Part shown: positions 38,790 through 50,144 of the stretch, piece by piece
Position numbering within the stretch: position 1 is the stretch's first letter
Layout of the letters: every line of letters begins with the position of its first letter
DNA from: Octopus vulgaris
Lineage: Eukaryota
Reading direction: 5' to 3'
DNA: 64,000 bases
Assembly (NCBI GenBank): GCA_951406725.2
Contig: OX597825.1
Coordinates: 69,006,001 to 69,070,000 of the forward strand
Notes under the pieces: generated by a model
What the model was told of the DNA's origin: nothing
Databases searched by the model: none
What the model saw: the letters and a program-made list of their open reading frames with translations, nothing else
Translations under genes and position numbers: made by a program

Positions 38790-40935
38790 ATGCGGGTTTC
38801 AATGAAAATGCAACTTTCGAGATATTGACGATCAAAAAAGATTATATTCCTGAATATATTTTTCGAAAGACACAATTCATCATATAAAATATATAATATA
38901 TAAATACAAAATATATACAACTGTCAGGAATACAATTTGATATCTTTTAGGGTTAAGAACAGGACTCGAAATGACCTTCAGGATAAATTTGATATTAAAA
39001 CGCGGTCATCGGATTCAGCACAAGTTACAGACTTCGTCGGCTTGTTTCTGCTCTCAAAATTAAAATAGAGGTTCCTTAGCATTAAAAGAGGCTTACACAG
39101 AGATGGTGCATTATTCGCATTAACTGGCCACCCATTGCAAACTGTTGATAGGACTAGTGAAACTTTGATAATATGTTTTGAGGAATTTAAGTTAGATATA
39201 ACATTCGGAAATATCACAAAGGTAGTAAACTTTCTGGATGTTACCTTAAATCTCAATAGTGGTTTGTTCTCCCCTTATAATAAACCGCATAAAACAATAC
39301 AGTATATTAATACTATGTCAAAGCACTCCAGAAATGTTATAAAATGGGATAATTAAAGAGATGTCTATAAGAATATGTAATATTTCAGCCAATGAAAGAA
39401 TTTTCAATAATCACGCATCATCATATAACGCAATACTCTCGTGGTTTCCATGAGAACATTTATTATATAAGAAATACAATATTTAAAAGTAAACTAGGTA
39501 AACTTTTCCCAAGCTTAACTAAATTAAATATTGACATTCTGTTAGGAAGTGAGTCGGTTGAACAACGGATTCTTCATATACATAGGAGATATTATCAACC
39601 TCTTAGTTATAATTTTACAATAAATTCAGTAAGAAATAGGCAGGTTAGGAATGACCCCACTAGAAAATGGGGAATAATTTGGTTCACCCCACCTTTTTCC
39701 CCTCAAGTTAAGAATCTCCACGAATTATTCTTTCAGATCATTTGAAAAAACTTTCATCTGGATCATAAATATCATCCCAGCTTGAACAAAGCTAATTTGG
39801 GCTCCATCGTTGCTGCTAATAATAGATTTAAACTTAAAAAGAATACTCGGGAAAAAGAATCCATGTAACGTACTCAGGAAGGTAGTAATCTGAATTCCAT
39901 AAAAAAAAAACTCGTAATTGCCGATCCCCAGAATTTTTCCTGTTAAAAGGGTTTGAAAAGGTGTGAAGAACGTCAAAAGAATCTAAGAAAATCTACATGG
40001 GGAGCACAATAGACTTTAAAACTAGATATTGGGGGCATAAAAATTCATTTACAAACCCTGGCACGAAAGATTTGACAGTACTAACCAGGAACATAGATAA
40101 TTTTAAAGTGCAAAATAAACGATTTATACTAGATTGGTCAATAATTACTCAAGCTACTCCATATAACACACAGAATAGAATGTGTAGATTATGCACTGAA
40201 GCATCAATTAATATACCTTGTATAAGTAGAAAAATATTAAATAAAATTTCGGATGCTTTTATACTTTGTAAACATAGGTATTTTTCACCTTAAATTTTTT
40301 TTCTCATTAAGATATAACCAAGCCATGTTAATAATTGAAACCAAAATTCCGACCTTTCATTCCCAATAAATATAAGAATAGCCATAGATGCGTTATTTTT
40401 CCATAAGATTTGGAGCATATTTAACCCTCATTTTAGAAGTTTTTTTACTTATCTGAACATATTTTTATCGCAACATAGGATACCTGGTCCCTGTATGAAG
40501 TCTTTTAAAATCTCTTAAATAATTTAAAAAACTTTTCTAATAATCCCCGATGAAGAAAATGTGTATACTCGAGATGGGTACAAATAATTCCCCCATTTTG
40601 AAATAACTTTCGCGAAACGGACGTAGGATATGTATGAATTTAATCTCTGGACTTAAGTATTCGCTTTATTGAGCTACCCATACATCTTTCTAATATTTTC
40701 AATTTTGCAATGCGTTTTAACCTTCAACGTTTTTATGTTTGAGAACGGATTTACAATTTCAGGCGATCTGATACAGATATATATTTTATATTTCTATATT
40801 TCTATAAAAATATTTGCATATATATATATTATATATTTTACAAGAGGAATTGTGTCTTTCAAAAATATACTGAGGAAAATAATCTGTTTTTTGGTTGTCA
40901 ATATCTCGAAGATTGTTTTTTCATTGAAATCTACA
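38790..40935 (+). mobile_element. 5'-truncated decayed Penelope-like element (Naiad-type) with inverted partial pLTR at the 5' end
   Basis: RT remnants FDIKTRSSDSAQVTDFVGLFLL, GLHRDG, VNFLDVTLNL..YNKP and IIWFTPPFS. GIY-YIG tail KIYMGST.DFKTRYWGHK...CRLC...LNK....CKH (ORF 39997..40293). Segment 38790-38915 is the reverse complement of about 40810-40935. Flanked by (TA)n. Confidence 0.85.
40543..40629 (+). ncRNA. Type I hammerhead-like motif with long stem II in the PLE 3' pLTR (U4->C decayed)
   Basis: atcc-CCGATGA-[gaaa...cgagatggg/cccattttg...tttc]-GAAAC-ggac-GTA-ggat. Confidence 0.65.
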
Positions 40936-40961
40936 TACTCTCTCTCTCTCTCTCTCTCTCT

Positions 40962-41011
<50 letters not shown>

Positions 41012-41053
41012 CATACATACACATATACATACTTACAAACACACACACAAATA

Positions 41054-41087
<34 letters not shown>

Positions 41088-41656
41088 CATGTATATACAT
41101 ACACGCCTTCATATGCTCCGTACACCTGTTTGCATACGCATGGCCTCTTAAATGCAAAAACACCGATACATAACAAAAGTCTTTACGCAGAAACATACTT
41201 ATTCCTTCTAGATATATACACGCAGGTACGCACATACACACATTCACACAATACACACACACACACCTCTACCAACCGACGCATATAAATACACACACAT
41301 TTACACAGGGGCAAAACTTTTATTATAACTACTAAGTTTGTAAAATGCTATGAGCTTCGTATTTTAATTGCCAAATGAAGCCATTTCTCGTTCTTCGCGG
41401 TTTTATTGCCTCTTGGATAAGACATGACTTTGTATATTTATAATTTTCTCCATCAATTCTTCTTTAATTTACGCCTGCATATACATATATACTAGCAATT
41501 TGCTACTGGTTATACTTTTTCACATACAGATGTAGACATAAGAGCATACACACACACACATTGATGTACTTATGCAATAACTCACACACACGTTGATTAT
41601 ATAACCTGAGTCACTTTCTTGCAAAACTCTAGTTTTAGAATCGGTAGACCAGTATA

Positions 41657-41743
<87 letters not shown>

Positions 41744-41747
41744 ATAT

Positions 41748-41797
<50 letters not shown>

Positions 41798-41967
41798 AGG
41801 AGAGAGAGATGGTCGTATCCTACAAGCAGTCGTCAACTATTTTTATCGAAACGGTTATTAACCCGATATTTACACGCTATTTTTTTAGCTCTATTTGCTT
41901 CGTGATTCACCTTTCATATAAAGAATTATTTCATGTTCTCTAAGTTTCTAAATTCTTATGATATCAA

Positions 41968-42004
<37 letters not shown>

Positions 42005-42007
<3 letters not shown>

Positions 42008-42086
42008 GTAAATCATATATTTGTGAATATATGTAATATATATATATATATATATTACATATATTCACAAATATATGATATACGTA
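42005..42086. repeat. Near-perfect palindrome centred on a (TA)n tract
   Basis: tacgtaaatcatatatttgtgaatatatgtaa-(TA)n-ttacatatattcacaaatatatgatatacgta. Confidence 0.9.
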
Positions 42087-42170
42087 TTTACTTTTATATG
42101 AATATATATTTAAACACTTGCACATACATATACATATATATACAAGTATACATGCATATACATATATATG

Positions 42171-42224
<54 letters not shown>

Positions 42225-42402
42225 CACATATTCAAGTATATGTATATATGCAGCTGTGTGTGTTGTCGTGTGTATGTATGAAAAGAAACAAAACATTTTC
42301 TGATGGTAGACATATATCGGTGAGTAAAATTTATTGATGATATCGATTTGTCTGGGACTTCAAATGTCGCCTTTAACGGCGTATCTGCTTATCTGTGTGT
42401 GC

Positions 42403-42452
<50 letters not shown>

Positions 42453-42495
42453 TTACACACATATATATATGCGTGTGTATCTATGTATATATATA

Positions 42496-42566
<71 letters not shown>

Positions 42567-43211
42567 TAAGGAATGAATAGGTCGCGTTGAATTAAATAAT
42601 ACATAATAAATTATATATATATGTATATACATACATGCATGTATGGGTACAGGACGTCACCAACGGTGCAAATAACATGAAATATGTAAAGAAACGAGGG
42701 AAAAACGAGTGAAATATGTAGACAACGAGAAAAATGGGAAATAGGACAAGTAAACACAGTGAAGGGACCCTTCATCAGTTGCTGGTTATCTACCTACTCC
42801 TCTTTTCGAGCATTCAACGACAATAGGAGTCGCCAAAGACAGTTGCTCCCATAAACTCTAAAATGAAATTTAGGATTTATGGAGGGTCAAAGTTGGGAAT
42901 AGAAAAATAACAGTGGAAATATGCAAGAAAACCGAACGAAAACAAGCATAGAGTGTCGTAAGACTAGAACGAGAGGAAAATAATAAACGCTGGGAGAAAC
43001 CCTTTTTTTTTGAAAGAGAAAATATAGAAGAAAAAGAGAGAAAACCACGTCCGTTCTTTCAAACGTCCGTACAGGAAAAGAAAGATTGTCATGTGAGGAA
43101 AAGAAAGATGGACGATTGTCCCGTGGGAGTAGCGAGAGAGAAAGAGAGAGAGAGAGAGAGACAGATAGAAAACGGTGAAGAAGAGAGGGGAAAGAACGGA
43201 ATTAGATATAC

Positions 43212-44313
43212 ATAGCATCTTAAAAGCCGCACTCCGCGCGGACTTTTACACTGGTGATCTAATTAGGCCTGCGGCCCAAGACGATAAATCATTTTTTTGC
43301 ATCCTACTATCTCAGATGTATATCACAGAGTATCACATTTGGAGAATTTTGTATCACGGGGACATTTGAAGATAAACAGCAGGATATTCTTGGTTTTACT
43401 ATTTGATGTGAATATGAATAGATTGCTACCATTTCCAACTCTGGAACATCGAACATAGGGCTGACCATAAGAAACAATTTTCAGTGATTGTCCTTGACCC
43501 TTGTTAATTGACATTGTAAAACTAACTCTTACTGGAAATTGAGGTCTCTTGAATTTAAAGTGCCTTTCTGCTAGAATCAGTGGAATTCTTGGAATAAATA
43601 CATTTTCTCCCTTTCCTTGTCCAGTGAGGATTGTTGCTTCCAAAAGATGTGGATGCAATTGCCTGATAATGAGTCTTGTTCCACTGCACATCTTTGGGGA
43701 TCCAGATTTCTGAGAAGCATGATTGGGACTCCTTTCTTCAATGGCAGTTTGTAAGAAGACATTCCAAGAAGATCCAAGGAGTTAAGAAACTCAGGAGTTG
43801 TTATTATAGAAGATACATATATATTGTGGCTTTGTATCTCTGTTTGACCCCTACCACCACTTGATAACTGGTGTTCGCATGTTTACGTTCAAATAACTTA
43901 GCAGTTCGGTGAAAGAGATCAATGAAAAAGTACTAGGCATAAAAAAGAAACTGGTGCCGATTTGTTCGATTAAAACTTTTCAGCAAGGTGCCCCAGCGTG
44001 GTCGCAGGCTGATGACTAAAGATAAAAGAACCACTAGATTATTTAGTAGGTCTTTAAGCTTAGGTATTCACATATCCCAGTAATACTATGGCATTAAAAC
44101 CTCTCACGGTCGCTTTATCTGCTAGAAATAACAACCTGAATGCTTTAAAATCAGATTCTAATGCTGGATGTTCAAGAACCAAATGAAGGGTAAATTTTCA
44201 ATCTCGGGGCCATCCTGATTCCAAAAAGTTATAATATGTCTATGAAGAGCAGATGTAGACTGCGATTATAGGGGTCTCAGACCGACAGACAAAATTTCGC
44301 TGTTATTAACATA
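43212..44313 (-). mobile_element. Deleted Helitron carrying a Pif1-like helicase C-terminal fragment (interrupted by a SINE tail at ~43810-44030)
   Basis: KLPLKKGVPIMLLRNLDP / CSGTRL...VFIPRIP...FKRPQFPVRVSFTMSINKGQGQSL...YGQPYVRCSRV (ORFs 43577..43777 and 43323..43691). A 3' hairpin ccgcgcggagtgcgg lies near 43227-43241. Confidence 0.88.
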
Positions 44314-44881
44314 CTAGCTTAAAAGCCGCATTCCGTGCGGACTTTTAACCTAGTCCCTACAGAGGGCTATTTGGGCCAATTTCTAATTTATATCACAGAA
44401 TATCACATTTAGGGAATATTGTATTTGGAGTATCACATTTGTAGATTACAGTAAAGCGCCAGGATGAACAGCATTCTTGGTTGACAGACAGACTGCCGCA
44501 TTCATTATTGTAGATAACGGAGGTAAATGTCACAAAGTTTTGATATTAAATTCAAAAAGTTTTAGAATTAAATTCTAAAAAAACTTTGATCAGTTTTCTG
44601 ACACAGAATATCACGTTTATTATTATAGCTTAGGCAGGTAACTCTTGTAAACTGTTTGAAACCTCTCCTAGTAGGTTTACTTGCTTTTAATAGTAGCCCA
44701 AATGCTCTTACATCAAATCCCAATGCTGGATGTTCAAGAACCAAATGAAGGTCAGATGTTCAATCCCGTGATCATCCTGATTCCGAAAAGGTGTAATATG
44801 TCTATGTAGAGCAAATGTACACTGAGAAACAGGGGTCCCAGACAGACAGAATTTCACTTCTATTTGTATAGAATACATAGA
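44314..44881 (-). mobile_element. Related non-autonomous Helitron, head-to-tail with the previous one
   Basis: Minus strand A|TC...ccgcacggaatgcgg.ttttaagCTAG|T. Segment 44660-44865 is a diverged direct copy of 44098-44307. Confidence 0.75.
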
Positions 44882-45050
44882 TACAGACGGAGTAGGGGCT
44901 TACGAACCACATGGTTCCGGGTTCAGTCCCACTGCGTGGCACCTTGGGAAAGTGTCTTCTACTATAGTCTTGGGCCGACCAAAGCCTTGTGAGTGGATTT
45001 GGTAGGTGGAAACCCGTTGTATGTATGTATATATATATATATATATATAT

Positions 45051-45636
45051 ATACACCAACCCTATACATACACACGTCCAGACCCTGCATACGCACTTAT
45101 ACTCTCTCATACACACACACACACTTATACATACTAATACGTACTAATACATACTAATACATACTAATACATACACCAACCCCATACATACGCACGTCCA
45201 GACCAATCCTACGCACTAATACTCTCTCATACACACACACACACACACACACACCCTTATACATACTAATACATACACCAACCCTATACATACACACATC
45301 CAGACCCCTCCTACGCACTATTAGCTGGTCCCTCAACCCTATTATCAACCCTATTATCTCCCCTTATTTCGCTCTCGCGTCTCATGTTTGATCTTTGACC
45401 TCTGGCCGAAATCAGATCGCCATGTTGATTCGTTAGCTACTGCACGCATTTTTTTTCTCTCCTTCTTTCTGTGTTTTTTTTTCTCTCTGTGTATCTTTCT
45501 GTTGAAGAGCGTAGGCTCGAAACGTTAAAGACTTGTTTTATTTATATTTCCTGAGCGCCATACTAATACAATTGTTCGTTTGTTTTCCACCTGCCTTCGT
45601 CTTTTGTTTATTTTCATAAAGCTTCCCGTTATATAT
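45051..45636 (+). repeat. 5' pseudo-LTR (three ~110-125-bp CATA/CA-rich subrepeats plus unique tail with ribozyme motif)
   Basis: Matches 49539-50097 except for a few substitutions and repeat-length differences. Confidence 0.92.
45494..45531 (+). ncRNA. Minimal hammerhead-like motif (core CUGUUGA) in the 5' pLTR
   Basis: tcttt-CTGTTGA-a-gagc(gtag)gctc-GAAAC-GTT-aaaga. The palindromic AACGTT replaces stem III. Confidence 0.7.
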
Positions 45637-46251
45637 TATGCGCTCACGTGGTCTCACTTTCATCCTATATTCTACCAATACCACTATCAACACTTACCTC
45701 TACCTTGGATTTTCTTTACCTCTTGGATACTTACCATTGGCTGCACCTCTCTTTCGCGGATCAAAGTGACTTTGCATTGATGTGAAATCCTTAAAAATAT
45801 ACCACGACGTCTACACATTTCTCACCTTGAACTTTCAACCTTGAACTTGTTCGCATAAACTGTCCCGTTTGTTGTATTTTTATTTTCTCTTATATTACCA
45901 CTTTTTTTACATTCATTTCATGCTTTCCACATTTTCCTGCATATTTGTTCTCCTTTCCGTCTTTCTTCCCTCTCTGGATGTCCATACTCCGTTTCCTCTG
46001 CCTGCACACCCCTTTTTTTGCCTCCCCCTCTCTCTGCTTCCCTTCTTTCTTTCCCTTTTCCGTTTGCCCCGTCTTTTCTGCCCCTATCGCTTACTTATCT
46101 AGTTTTTTCATACGATTATTATTTTTTTGTTTTTTTGAACGTTTGTTTTTTCCCTTTTTTCGCTATCCTTTTTTTCTATTTTTTTCATACGATAATTTTT
46201 GTTTTTTGTTTTTTTTTGTTTTTTCGAACGTTTTTTTCCCGCTATCCCATC

Positions 46252-49158
46252 ATGCCGGATCCTAGGTCCTACCTCCTCACCCTCCATCACCGTTTGAAGG
46301 ATCATCTCCGTTCACTTCCTGTATATTGCCTTCAGCCGTCCGTTAATCTCTCTCTACTTCTTTTTTAAAAAAACCCGCTTCTCTAGCCATGTCTCTTTCC
46401 TAAGCCGCTGCCTACATCACCGACTCATCCCTAAAGGTTTCCGCCTCCACTTCCACCCTGCTCTCCACTCGGATTCTTCCATCTTACCCATACTCCGCAC
46501 CACATCTTACCGCCTTATGCGGGCCACCATTCGCTCCAATCTCTCCAAACTACATGCCATCAACCGCCTTCTTCCTCCTGCTTTCTCCACCTTCTTCTCC
46601 TCTCTGCCGCCTCTCTATGCTCCAAACACGCTACGCTTCATTATCCATTTGAATCAACTCTTCCATCAATTTCTTTCTGATACCAAACTTCGTAAACTCC
46701 AATCACTCTTCCATTCCACCCTACCCGACGCCACTACCCCAACTCCTCCACCACCCTTCTCCCCTCCCGATAGGCTCCATCCACCCACACCTAACCCCAC
46801 TGCCCCTCCCTACAACCCCTTCTCCCCTCCCGTTAGGCTCCATCCACCTACACCTAACCCTACTGCCCCGCCCAACCACCCCCCACACACCTCCCCAATC
46901 CCTCCCCCTCAGACCTCCACGAGACCTACCACCCCTCCTACTTCTATTCCACCCACCCCTCCTCCACTTCCGTCTGTTGTTACCATTCCCCCCGATCTTC
47001 CCCTCTCTGCGGCTGAACGCTCCGTCCTTGGTAGGGGTCTGCGTTTCATCCCCCTCACTCCATCCTGTAAGGAATTCCAGACGCGAGTTGATGTCCACAG
47101 CTTTGTGCGCCGTGTCCGGTTGGGTGCGCATTACCACGACGCGCCACCCACACCCAACGAAGAGGACTGCTTCACTGGCCTGGGCCGCCGACCATCCCCG
47201 TGGACGCCTGCCCCTGGCCAGATCCTTGCAGTGGATCTTTTCGCGGGCGCTTGTCAGCGTGCATTGGAGCGGTTCAACTTCTCCAGGCGCCAACGCCGCC
47301 TCAACATCTCCCCGGCTGAGCTCTTGGCTCTTCGTTCCCTCCAACGGCGCGCTGACATTATCATCAAACCGGCTGACAAGGGTGGAGCTGTAGTGGTGTG
47401 GCGCGCGGACCTCTATAGGGCCGAGGCTTTCCGCCAACTCAATGACACCTCCTTCTATTCCCCTCTGCCCTCTAACCCCACACGTAGCTACCAACAGACG
47501 GTATCCTCTACTGTCCAAGACCTCATCTCGTCCTCCCGTCTCCCCCGCACCGCATCCAACCTAATTGTGCGAACCCCACGTACCCCCACCATTTACTTCC
47601 TCCCCAAAATCCACAAACCCAACAACCCTGGCCGCCCCATCGTCTCCGCCTGTAACTGCCCCACGGAGCTCATCTCTAAATACCTCGACCGTGTCCTTGC
47701 CCCCCTAGTGGCATCTCTTCCCTCCCACATCCACGATACCAACCATGCTCTCCGGCTTTTCTACTCTTTCTCCTTTCCTCCCGGCTCCTCCAAAATCCTT
47801 TTTACTATGGACATCCAAAGCCTCTATACTGTTATCCCTCACCACGAAGGACTGAAGGCCCTTCGACACTTTCTTGACCTTCGCTCTAACCCTGTACCTG
47901 ACACCTCCACACTCATTAGTCTGGCCGAACTTGTCCTTACTCTGAACTGCTTCTCGTTCGCGGGCGAGTTCTACCATCAGGTCTCGGGAGTGGCCATGGG
48001 AACGCGAATGGGCCCCAACTATGCGAACCTGTTCGTTGGCTATGTTGAGGCCCAAATATTCTCTAATTTCACTGGTCCCACTCCCGAACTATATGGTCGT
48101 TACATTGACGACATTATCGGTGCCACCTCACTCTCCCGCGAACATCTAGATTCCTTCCTCTCTTTCGTCCAATCTTTCCATCCAGCCCTCCACTTCACTT
48201 CCACTATCTCCAACACCTCTGTCTCCTTCCTCGACATTTCGGTTAGCATTCTTCACTCCACTCTTACCACCTCCATTCACTACAAACACACAGACTCACA
48301 CTCATACCTCAACTTCTCTTCCTCCCACCCAGAACACACCAAGCTTTCCATCCCTTATTCCCAATTCCTCCGTCTACGTAGGCTCTGTAGTGACGACCAT
48401 GACTTTGAGACTCAGTCTCAACGTATGGCTCACCACTTCACCCTACGTGGATACCCCTCACCACTATCCACACCGCCCTTGCCAGAGCACGGTCCGTGGA
48501 CCGTGTATCTGCTCTCTTTCCCCGAACCCGCCCTGTAGTCTCCCGCCTCCCTTTTCCCCTCACTTACCACCCCACGACCCTACCTCTCCAACGCACCATT
48601 CTTCGAGCTTTCCGTCATCTCCAGTCCGACCCGTCCACTTCACACCTCTTCCCTAACCGACCCCTCCCCTCTTTCAAACGAGCCCACAACCTTCGAGACC
48701 TTTTGGTCCATAGCTCCTTCCCTGACCCTACCTCCCAACCCGGCTCGTTCCCCTGCTCCCGCCCACGTTGCCGCACTTGCCCTTACCTCTCCAACACCAC
48801 CCGCCTCACTAGCACCCACCATCGACCCTATCCCATCATCCACTCCTTCACCTGCACCTCCAGCAATATTATCTATTGCATCTCTTGCTCTCTCTGCAAT
48901 TCCTTGTACATCGGACAAACGGGACGCCGCTTGGCTGACCGGTTCGCGGAACACCTTCGTGACATCCACCTTGCGAACGACACACCGGTCTCACGCCATT
49001 TCCGCTCCACCGGTCACTCCTTGCAACACCTATCTGTGTTCGGTTTGTCCTTACACAGAGGCCATCCGGATTCCCGTTTGCGCCGTGAACAGGAATTAAT
49101 CTTCTCTCTTCGCTCTTATACGCCATTTGGTCTCAACTCTCCCCCCCTCCTCATCTAA
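46252..49158 (+). CDS. Penelope-like reverse transcriptase / GIY-YIG endonuclease polyprotein (~968 aa if two 1-bp homopolymer frameshifts are repaired)
   Basis: N-terminal FLSRCLHHRLIPKGF. RT motifs IIIKPADKGGAVVVW, YFLPKIHKPNNPGRPIVS, MDIQSLYT, GVAMGTRMGPNYANLF, RYIDD and FLD. Linker PCSRPRCRTC, then NIIYCISCSLCNSLYIGQTGRRLADRFAEH...GLN. Frameshifts fall at T6/A7 46361-46373 and C4 48454-48457. Confidence 0.93.
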
Positions 49159-49159
49159 C

Positions 49160-49430
49160 CCCCCTCTCCCCCCCGACCCCTACTTCTTCAGTCCTTCATC
49201 CTTTCACCCCTACTCCCCTTCCCTTCTTCCCTCTTTCTCCCTCCCTCTTCCCCTTCCCTCTGCTCCCTCACTCCCTCTCTCCCCTTCTCTCTCCCCCTCT
49301 CCCTCTTTCCTCCTTCATCCCCCCTCCTCCCCTTCCTTCTCCCCCATCCTCTCCTCTTCCCCCCTCTCCACCCCCTCTTCTTCCCCTCCCTTCTCTCCCC
49401 CTCTTCTCCCCCTCCCCCTCTTCTCCTCAC
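49160..49430 (+). repeat. Polypyrimidine (C/T) tract in the PLE 3' UTR
   Basis: About 270 bp almost free of purines. The minus strand is a dense series of G-runs. Confidence 0.85.
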
Positions 49431-49538
49431 TACACCACATGACTTTACACATCATATCACATATGATGTGCCATACTAATACATACACCAACTAATACAT
49501 ACTAATACGTACTAATACATACTAGTACATACTAATAC

Positions 49539-50090
49539 ATACACCAACCCTATACATACACACGTCCAGACCCCGCATACGCACTTATACTCTCTCATAC
49601 ACACACACACACACACTTATACATACTAATACGTACACCAACCCCATACATACGCACGTCCAGACCAATCCTACGCACTAATACTCTCTCATACACACAC
49701 ACACACACACACACACCCTTATACATACTAATACATACACCAACCCTATACATACACACATCCAGACCCCTCCTACGCACTATTAGCTGGTCCCTCAACC
49801 CTATTATCAACCCTATTATCTCCCCTTATTTCGCTCTCGCGTCTCATGTTTGATCTTTGACCTCTGGCCGAAATCAGATCGCCATGTTGATTCGTTAGCT
49901 ACTGCACGCATTTTTTTTCTCTCCTTCTTTCTGTGTTTTTTTTTCTCTCTGTGTATCTTTCTGTTGAAGAGCGTAGGCTCGAAACGTTAAAGACTTGTTT
50001 TATTTATATTTCCTGAGCGCCATACTAATACAATTGTTCGTTCGTTTTCCACCTGCCTTCGTCTTTTGTTTATTTTCATAAAGCTTCCCG

Positions 50091-50097
<7 letters not shown>
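49539..50097 (+). repeat. 3' pseudo-LTR
   Basis: Direct repeat of 45051-45636, ending in (TA)n. Confidence 0.92.
49956..49993 (+). ncRNA. Minimal hammerhead-like motif (core CUGUUGA) in the 3' pLTR
   Basis: Identical to 45494-45531. Confidence 0.7.

Positions 50098-50144
<47 letters not shown>

Larger units (their letters stand above)
45051..50097 (+). mobile_element. Young full-length Penelope-like retroelement (Neptune-type) with direct pseudo-LTRs, inserted in the (TA)n linker of a family B SINE
   Basis: Near-identical direct repeats at 45051-45636 and 49539-50097 flank an RT + GIY-YIG ORF. The SINE 5' half is at 44900-45020 and the 3' half at 50130-50357. Confidence 0.95.

Noticed and set aside
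39964-39966. In-frame TGA upstream of the YMG (YIG) motif as a possible selenocysteine codon in a Naiad-type PLE
   Set aside because: It is not at a conserved Cys position, the copy has many other stops and frameshifts, and no SECIS was recognised.
42640-42850. CTGATGA on the minus strand near 42772-42778 in a probable old pLTR
   Set aside because: Stem II, GAAA and the cleavage site could not be assembled around it.
45391-45419. gatct-ttgacctctggcc-GAAA-TC-agatc as a second mini-hammerhead in the pLTR
   Set aside because: Stem I and GAAA fit, but G8/A9 and a credible stem II are missing.
46721-49126. Long antisense ORFs over the PLE (265, 116, 109 and 85 aa)
   Set aside because: Shadow frames caused by the C-rich skew of the sense strand, with no motifs.
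45051-50097. LTR retrotransposon interpretation of the direct repeats
   Set aside because: No TG...CA ends, gag, protease, RNase H or integrase. The RT and GIY-YIG motifs are Penelope-type.
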